This document shows positions 38,785 through 44,751 of a DNA stretch of 44,751 nucleotides, piece by piece. Below the pieces are notes generated by a model. That model did no database searches and was not told the DNA's origin. It saw only the letters and a program-made list of their open reading frames with translations. The stretch is taken from the IMG/VR virus record IMGVR_UViG_3300045988_055685, positions 1 through 44,751 of that record, one strand, 5' to 3'. This DNA comes from a virus. A program made the translations under genes and the position numbers. The stretch's first letter is position 1. Every line of letters begins with the position of its first letter.

Positions 38785-39746
38785 TCCCCCGCCTTGTAGC
38801 TGGCAAACGGGAACGGATTGGAAAGGCTGGCGTTAAACGCACTCTTGGGATTTGCAACCTCCCAACCGAGACGCATAACTGCACGAAGCGCAACCATGTC
38901 GTTCTGCATGAGGTTATATGTGATATCCTTGGTGGACGGGTCTTGGATCACACCGCTGTCAAAAATCTTGAAGGTCATGTCCTGCCGGATTGCATAGATA
39001 AGCTGGTTCCAGTCACCGACAATCATCAGGGACTTGGTTGCGTCAAACGCACCGTTGTTGGGGAAATACATGTCCATTCCATCCAGCGCATAGCGGGTGC
39101 TGCCCTGCATATCGGTTTTGAAAATGGGCTGTCCGTTCGCATCCACAAGGCCGCGGAGCTTCGCTCGCATACTGATTGCTGCCATTGCACCATTGGGGAT
39201 GAATCCATCCTCTTCAACCTTGGCAATTACGCCGCCCTCTCCCATAATATCTTTAAAAATATTGGTGGTCGCGGTTACTTCATTGCTCGCCGTGCTGATA
39301 GAGGGAATAAGCCCTTCGCGCCAAGAGGTCGGCTTATTGGTGCCAAACAAGATGGCCGCATCAATCACTTTGCCGAATGCTTCGGTCAGGCGCGGGCGAA
39401 CCTCACCCCAAATGTCGTAATCACTGTCGTCCAGCACCGCTTCGGGGATAGGTACGATAACAGCAATTTCCTCTGCTGTGATTTTCTTATCTTTCCACGC
39501 CATCGTGGTAGTCTGCTTGAAAGCATTCTCTTCCGCACCGCTTGCAGTTGCCTCTCCGTTCACAAAATACGCCGTGGGCAATGCGTCAAGCACATTGATG
39601 GTCTGCGTCTTGCTGCTCATGTTAGGCAAACGGCGAGCCATCCTAAGCACGGCGCTCTCTGCGATCGCACCCTGCATAATCTCGCGGGTCACAGGCTCAG
39701 GTATAAGCCCGCCTAATTTTGTTCTGTCAATTGCACTTACTGCCAT
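38781..39746 (-). CDS. Major capsid protein
   Basis: 321 aa, positioned after the scaffold. N-terminus is MAVSAIDRTKLGGLIPEPVTREIMQG. Confidence 0.8.
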   Translation of the reverse strand: MAVSAIDRTKLGGLIPEPVTREIMQGAIAESAVLRMARRLPNMSSKTQTINVLDALPTAYFVNGEATASGAEENAFKQTTTMAWKDKKITAEEIAVIVPIPEAVLDDSDYDIWGEVRPRLTEAFGKVIDAAILFGTNKPTSWREGLIPSISTASNEVTATTNIFKDIMGEGGVIAKVEEDGFIPNGAMAAISMRAKLRGLVDANGQPIFKTDMQGSTRYALDGMDMYFPNNGAFDATKSLMIVGDWNQLIYAIRQDMTFKIFDSGVIQDPSTKDITYNLMQNDMVALRAVMRLGWEVANPKSAFNASLSNPFPFASYKAGE

Positions 39747-39761
39747 AATTTAAATCTCCTT

Positions 39762-40262
39762 TCATTTCAGCGCCCCACGGATGAGGGCGTTCATCATACT
39801 GTTTTCCGTGTGTTCTTTTGTTCCATTGCTGCCAACAGGCGCAGTCCAATCGAAGGTAGGCTTCTTGCGGTCTGCGGTCAGCGCATCCACAGCCTGCTCA
39901 AAGGTGGTCTTATCATCCACCATCTTTCCGGCTTTGAAAGCGATAAACTCCGCTTCCTCTCCGGTAAGCCCCTTGGAAATCACATACTTCTCATGCTTCA
40001 ACTGCTCCAGTTCCGCTTGTGCAGCAGACAAAGCCGTTCTGCTCTCGTCCCGCTCTCTGGTCAGATTGTTCCACCGCTCCTGCTCGTTCTGTTTGGTTTC
40101 CTTCCAAGAACGAAAATCAGAAAGCTCGTCCTCGCTGGGGTACTTCTTCCGTTCGCGTTCAAGACGCTTCTGGATGAGTGCATCCACATCAGCCTGCGTG
40201 AATGTCTTTTCCTGCTCGATGGCAGTAGTTTCCGTGTTTTGCACGTTGGTTTCATCGGCCAT
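39762..40262 (-). CDS. Scaffolding protein (DUF4355-like)
   Basis: FTQADVDALIQKRLERERKK... with a coiled coil. Start re-picked at MADETN behind AAGGAG. Confidence 0.7.
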   Translation of the reverse strand: MADETNVQNTETTAIEQEKTFTQADVDALIQKRLERERKKYPSEDELSDFRSWKETKQNEQERWNNLTRERDESRTALSAAQAELEQLKHEKYVISKGLTGEEAEFIAFKAGKMVDDKTTFEQAVDALTADRKKPTFDWTAPVGSNGTKEHTENSMMNALIRGALK

Positions 40263-40341
40263 AATCATAATCTCCTTGTTTAACGTCCTGTCGGACAAAA
40301 TAGGTATAAGAAAAGCACCATGCGTTTGCACAGTGCTAAAC

Positions 40342-41511
40342 TTATTCAATTATTTTCGCGCGTTCCCACTGTTCCGGCAGCTTTGCTGCCTTACTGAACG
40401 CCCTGTATTTTCGCTGTAAGCGGGTTATGCGAGCTTTGGTTTCCTGTTCCCGCTCTACCATGCCAGCCGCATTGTAGCCTATCCTGCGGCGCTCCAGTTT
40501 GCGCAGCGTGCGCTCAATCTCGCGCTGCTTCTGCGTCGCTTCATATGCGGTATACTGCCGTCCTTCATAGGTGATAGGCGGCGTGTCGATTTCCTGCAGT
40601 TCCTTGTCGGTATATGCCCGCTCGGATACACCTTCCAGAAATGCGTACTTTCGGTGTCTGCAATTAGCTCCCTCCAATCCATCGACAGCTCCCAATCCAC
40701 AAACTGTGTATATGTTCGGGTATTTGCTGTCCGAGCGCGTACTGTAAACTTTGCCTTGCCAGTTTTTATGATTTTTCCATCCGGTACCCTTGTCTCGCGC
40801 CCCTCGATGGGCTGTGACCTCATACAGATCGGTTTCGAATACCTCCGCTGCCGCTTCCGAGTATTTTGCGGTAACCTGATTCAGGCCTGTCATAATCGCA
40901 CGCCTTGCGGCCACATCAGCATGATCTCGGTGTCCGCTGGCATAATCTACAATGCTTATGCCGCTGTCTGCTAACTCCCGAACAGCGTCTTCCATTGCCT
41001 GCTGCACGGTAAATGAACCGGAATATACTTTCAGCTCGGCTTTATCGAGCGCCGCCTGATATGCCTTTGCAATGGGCTGAAATGTTCTCACGCTTCCACT
41101 CTGTACTGCAAAGCCAAGCGAACGGGTGATATTGCGGTATCCGTCAAGCGTCTGCGCCTTGATTATTGCAATATCCACAGCGGACACAAGGTGCGCTGGC
41201 ATGGTAATGCTTGCTTTATCCGCTAAGCTATCATAGTATCTCCGGCTCATATCGACTACTCTGTCAAGCGCTGCCTCAACCTGCGGAATTGTGCTTTTGG
41301 TATTTTCCGCTATGCACCTTTCTATATCATCCATATCCAAACCAATAGAGCGCAGGATGCGGATATCATTGACTGCTACTTCATTTAGCTCGCCTGTCAA
41401 TCGGAACCGGCTGCATATCTCCCGCAGGATATCATTCTCCAACCCATGCACCGCATCTATGATCGGTTGCGGCGCAGCCTCCAGGTATTCCGGTGTAATG
41501 GGAAATTTCAT
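40342..41511 (-). CDS. Minor head / head morphogenesis protein (SPP1 gp7 / Mu F-like)
   Basis: Called by position after the portal gene. The C-terminal Cys/His-containing region WQGKVY...CGLGAVDGLEGANCRH is typical of this family. Confidence 0.7.
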   Translation of the reverse strand: MKFPITPEYLEAAPQPIIDAVHGLENDILREICSRFRLTGELNEVAVNDIRILRSIGLDMDDIERCIAENTKSTIPQVEAALDRVVDMSRRYYDSLADKASITMPAHLVSAVDIAIIKAQTLDGYRNITRSLGFAVQSGSVRTFQPIAKAYQAALDKAELKVYSGSFTVQQAMEDAVRELADSGISIVDYASGHRDHADVAARRAIMTGLNQVTAKYSEAAAEVFETDLYEVTAHRGARDKGTGWKNHKNWQGKVYSTRSDSKYPNIYTVCGLGAVDGLEGANCRHRKYAFLEGVSERAYTDKELQEIDTPPITYEGRQYTAYEATQKQREIERTLRKLERRRIGYNAAGMVEREQETKARITRLQRKYRAFSKAAKLPEQWERAKIIE

Positions 41512-42932
41512 TATTCAACTTCTTCCTGCGGTTCATCCGTCATATCCTCCATCTTCGGCAGCATCTTCTTGGCTGTCTCCTCGTCCTCGTTCATCCACTT
41601 AGCCCGAAACTCCCAATCATTCATAATGCCGGCGTTCAAAAGCTGCATGTCTCGTGCAAAGTCTGACTGCTTATCTTCGATAATACTGTCGTCAAAGTCT
41701 ATGGATATTTCTACGTCCTCATTCAATCCTGCACTCATTGCTGTATTACCCAAATGCAGGATGATTCGACATAGTTCCACAAGCACCTGCTCCAGAATGA
41801 TCTCATGTTTCTTAATGGTGCGAAACAGGGTGCTATTCTCGCTGACGACTTGGGTGGCGGTAGCCACGCTGCCTTGATCGAACCTGTAATGATTCTCTCC
41901 GAATCCGCACTTGCTGGATAATAAATTAAGCTGATCCTGTACCCCTATATTCAATTCTGCTGTTCGAAGCTGCGGGCTGATCGGCTCGACAACGTTTCCC
42001 TCTTTCGTATCCTCTGGCAATAGATAAAATCGGTTGTCTGCACTATTAACCGTTGGCTCTCCGTCTATATAATCCGTTGCTGGCATCTTCACCATTAGCA
42101 ACAGCGCGCCATTGTCAAACTCATTTGCATAACAGTTATAAGCCTTGTCTACCCCTATCAGCACATCAACGGCATTCGCAAAGACAGATATTCCAAGCGG
42201 AATGGAGTAATCAAAGTTGTTTGCAATGTTGGGGCGGTCAATAACGAATTGACGTTTATCGGACTTTGTGTGTACTACAGACGGGACGCGTTCAAATCCC
42301 TGCACATCCGTCAACGATAATTCCGTATCCAAATTGTTGTTACGGTAGCGGTAAATTCGGTTCTCAATGTCATACAAGCCGTTGACCTTATGATGGATTT
42401 GCAGGTAGCAGTAATCCTCGCCGCTGACCGTGACCACGCTGGAAAAGGCGCACTCGGTGATAATGCCGTTCTGCCATGCGATAGGCCATATGTTTTCGAT
42501 CGTAACATAGTCCAACACGATACCGCTCGCGCTGCCAGGGGTAGGACCTGCCTCTGTGGCTTCCATTCCTACCACACGCGGAATAAAAGCTACTGTGCCA
42601 AGCGCGAAGGCCATTTCCTGCAGTTCGTTTGACTTTACAAGAAAATTGTTTTCCTCGAATGTACGGTTTATAAATTTTTGTTCCTTTTCCCCCTCTAATG
42701 TGATAGAAACTTTCTCATTCATCAGGAGATTTGCCCAATCCTCACAGACTTTCTTTGCCATGCCAAGCGATGCTCTTTCGCATTTTGCCCATTCATGGCC
42801 ATTGTACCTTCTGTAAGTATGGATGCCTTTTACTTTTCCTATATACCAACTTTTCCATTCATCTACTTTTCGGTAAAAGCTTTCGTCTACGGTAGAAAAG
42901 CCTAATTCTTTCAGCTTCCCAATTACATTCAT
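41511..42932 (-). CDS. Portal protein (SPP1 Gp6-like)
   Basis: Called by size and position. The start has an ATGA overlap with the terL stop. Confidence 0.8.
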   Translation of the reverse strand: MNVIGKLKELGFSTVDESFYRKVDEWKSWYIGKVKGIHTYRRYNGHEWAKCERASLGMAKKVCEDWANLLMNEKVSITLEGEKEQKFINRTFEENNFLVKSNELQEMAFALGTVAFIPRVVGMEATEAGPTPGSASGIVLDYVTIENIWPIAWQNGIITECAFSSVVTVSGEDYCYLQIHHKVNGLYDIENRIYRYRNNNLDTELSLTDVQGFERVPSVVHTKSDKRQFVIDRPNIANNFDYSIPLGISVFANAVDVLIGVDKAYNCYANEFDNGALLLMVKMPATDYIDGEPTVNSADNRFYLLPEDTKEGNVVEPISPQLRTAELNIGVQDQLNLLSSKCGFGENHYRFDQGSVATATQVVSENSTLFRTIKKHEIILEQVLVELCRIILHLGNTAMSAGLNEDVEISIDFDDSIIEDKQSDFARDMQLLNAGIMNDWEFRAKWMNEDEETAKKMLPKMEDMTDEPQEEVE

Positions 42933-44167
42933 GCGGTCGCCCCCATTATCCTGCATATACGTTCCAGTGCGTATCGCGTAGCATCTATCAAATGGTTGTC
43001 TTTGTCCGGATACCCGCTGATGATCTCGCCATCCTTATTTCGCTCATATTCGTAATTGACAAATTCATCGTAGGCATGTGGTGTGCGGCGGCGGTCAATG
43101 ACTATCTTTCGGCGCTGCAACCACTTCATGCCATAATCTACGCTGCCAGGGCCTTTGACTGCTTCTTTTGCCGGAAGCCCCATCGCCCGATAATCCGCTG
43201 AAGACTTCGGCTCTGCGTTGTCGCATGTAATATAAGCGTCTCTATATCCTTTTTGCAGTATCAGCTTTCCGCTTGCATCGTTTGTCAGCTTGTTCTGATA
43301 TATTTCGTCAATAAAATAAATCGTTTCTCTCGCTCTATCATAATGAAGCCGGATAAATGCAAATGGATCGGGAAACCATCCCCAGTCAACGCCTTGGTAG
43401 ATGCGGTCAAAAGATGCGATTTCTCTATCTGTGATTTCACGCAATTCCAAATTCTCAAATACATTCCCGCCGGTACCGACTGCTTCCCCCAGATATTCGT
43501 GCCGGTATGCCCGCTCATCTGTGGCTTTCAGGTGTTCAGCTTCCGTGATAAACTGCTCTCCCAGCCATTCGGACGGTGCTTCAAGGTATGTGCTTTTGTG
43601 ACACAACCTGTCTTTACGTTCTTCCAAGCTGTCTTTATTCGCCCAATTATCACGGCTGATAGGAGGGTTATAACTCTCAAAATTCCAAAACTTAGACCCT
43701 CCGCGCATAGTAGATTGCAGGATAGTTCGTATCTCTGCCCGACCGGCAAACTGGTCTTTCTCTTCAAAGTGTGTCACCGCGATATACCCAAACGGCACCT
43801 TGATAGACTTTATTTTCATCGGGTCGTCTGCACCGCGAAACATAATTTTCTGCCCTGTCGGTCGGTATATCAGTTCCATCGGTTGTACCTTTGCATCCCA
43901 ATAGGCCGCCATACCCAACTCACCTATCGCCCATAAGTACTGCGCGTATACGCTATCGCGGATGGTATTGGCCACTTTGCGCAGCACAACAGCATGCGTT
44001 CCTGGATTGGCAATAAGTATCAGCGGGACAAGCAGCGATACGCAGGAAGATTTTAACGAGCCCCGCCCGCCGGATAAGTCGTAATGCGTGTGTCCATGTT
44101 GAAACACGTCGCGCGCCAGAAAGTGAAACGCGGGACCTATCACAGATGATAGTTTAGTTTCAGACAT
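42929..44167 (-). CDS. terL: Terminase large subunit (PBSX/Terminase_3-like)
   Basis: Walker A-like GGRGSLKSS near the N-terminus, plus acidic nuclease-domain motifs. It sits in the canonical position. Confidence 0.85.
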   Translation of the reverse strand: MSETKLSSVIGPAFHFLARDVFQHGHTHYDLSGGRGSLKSSCVSLLVPLILIANPGTHAVVLRKVANTIRDSVYAQYLWAIGELGMAAYWDAKVQPMELIYRPTGQKIMFRGADDPMKIKSIKVPFGYIAVTHFEEKDQFAGRAEIRTILQSTMRGGSKFWNFESYNPPISRDNWANKDSLEERKDRLCHKSTYLEAPSEWLGEQFITEAEHLKATDERAYRHEYLGEAVGTGGNVFENLELREITDREIASFDRIYQGVDWGWFPDPFAFIRLHYDRARETIYFIDEIYQNKLTNDASGKLILQKGYRDAYITCDNAEPKSSADYRAMGLPAKEAVKGPGSVDYGMKWLQRRKIVIDRRRTPHAYDEFVNYEYERNKDGEIISGYPDKDNHLIDATRYALERICRIMGATA

Positions 44168-44549
44168 CGATTATCACCTTTACTCCATTGTCGTTTCCGC
44201 TTCCCGCTTCCTGTGTCGTCGTCCACTTATCGATCAGCGTGCCAAGGGCGGTTGTAATCTGTGCCGGTGTCGCCTCGGCCAGCTTGTCCTCGCTATTCAA
44301 TACATCCAGCCCTTTGTCAATAATCTCGCACACAACGCCGCGCTTACTTTCCATGTATGCTATGATATCAGCGGTATTCTCTTCCTTTTTTCGCTGCAAT
44401 TTTTGTCTAATATCTGTATCATTCGTGACAATGTTCTTTACTGTCTGCCTTGATACGCCGTGGATTTTCGAGACGGCATTATAGCTGCCAAGTTCAACAT
44501 AATCCGCAACTATTTTCTTCCTCTGTTTATCCGTCAGCCGCGCAGCCAT
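44160..44549 (-). CDS. terS: Terminase small subunit (HTH)
   Basis: MAARLTDKQRKKIVADYVELGSYNAVSKIHGVSRQTVKNIV. RBS is GGAGGTGGCGTT. Confidence 0.75.
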   Translation of the reverse strand: MAARLTDKQRKKIVADYVELGSYNAVSKIHGVSRQTVKNIVTNDTDIRQKLQRKKEENTADIIAYMESKRGVVCEIIDKGLDVLNSEDKLAEATPAQITTALGTLIDKWTTTQEAGSGNDNGVKVIIDV

Positions 44550-44607
44550 AACGCCACCTCCAATCTGCGCAAAACAAAACCGCCACCCGTCAGGATAGCG
44601 GCTTTTC

Positions 44608-44751
44608 TTATCCAAGGCTTGCAATTATGTCGCGCTCCCTATCGGATAGCATCCACCTATGCGCCGCAGCGCGTTCAGCCGCAGCGCGTTCGGCAGCCGC
44701 ATGTTCAGCCGCAGCGCGTTCGGCAGCCGCATGTTCAGCCGCAGCGCGTTC
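44608..44751 (-). CDS. C-terminal end of the methyltransferase gene that starts at 798 (wraps around the contig junction)
   Basis: The frame gives ...AAAERAAAEHAAAERAAAHRWMLSDRERDIIASLG, with stop TAA at 44610-44608. The codon phase matches the 1-798 segment when 87 nt are treated as overlap (44,664 is divisible by 3). Confidence 0.65.
   Translation of the reverse strand, partial: ERAAAEHAAAERAAAEHAAAERAAAERAAAHRWMLSDRERDIIASLG
44665..44751. repeat. 87-nt terminal direct repeat identical to 1-87
   Basis: Base-by-base comparison of both ends. Confidence 0.95.

Overview
The window reads as a complete temperate siphovirus-type phage genome from a moderately high-GC Firmicute. The Clostridia-like host guess is inference, based on SLH domains, the XhlA/XkdX/Gp15/Gp157 gene set and an attP that copies a tRNA 3' half. 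The first 87 nt (1-87) are identical to the last 87 nt (44665-44751). A minus-strand methyltransferase gene runs in frame across that junction, so the record looks like a circular or terminally redundant contig with about 44,664 unique bp. Nearly all genes are on the minus strand. In transcription order they run from a Cro-like gene (14967) through small early genes and a recombination/replication module (Gp157, Sak4-like ATPase, NinB-like, HNH, SSB, wHTH, replisome organizer with internal iterons, RusA). Next come a PAPS-reductase-family PP-loop enzyme, a run of small Cys-rich proteins, DUF1653 and a late regulator. These are followed by tRNA-Gly(UCC) and a ~650-nt ORF-free structured region that ends in a tRNA-like minihelix. 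The order then continues with the methyltransferase, terS, terL, portal, MuF-like protein, scaffold, capsid, connectors, major tail protein, chaperones, tape measure and tail tip/fibers. It ends with XkdX, an S8 protease with an SLH domain, XhlA, holin, CHAP endolysin, a small sigma-r4-like regulator, a cargo operon of odd low-complexity proteins, and attP. The plus strand carries the CI/LexA-like repressor, two zinc-ribbon proteins and a tyrosine integrase. The most unusual content is RNA-level. Three paralogous ~270-bp modules, plus a fourth unrelated locus with the same logic, each pair a consensus plus-strand promoter and ~90-nt hairpin RNA with a convergent 23-28 aa hydrophobic peptide ORF, which resembles type I toxin-antitoxin loci. 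They sit next to int, between holin and endolysin, and between the tail chaperone and the tape measure gene. No tools were run. All family calls come from motif recognition by eye and memory and need HMM, BLAST or covariance-model confirmation.
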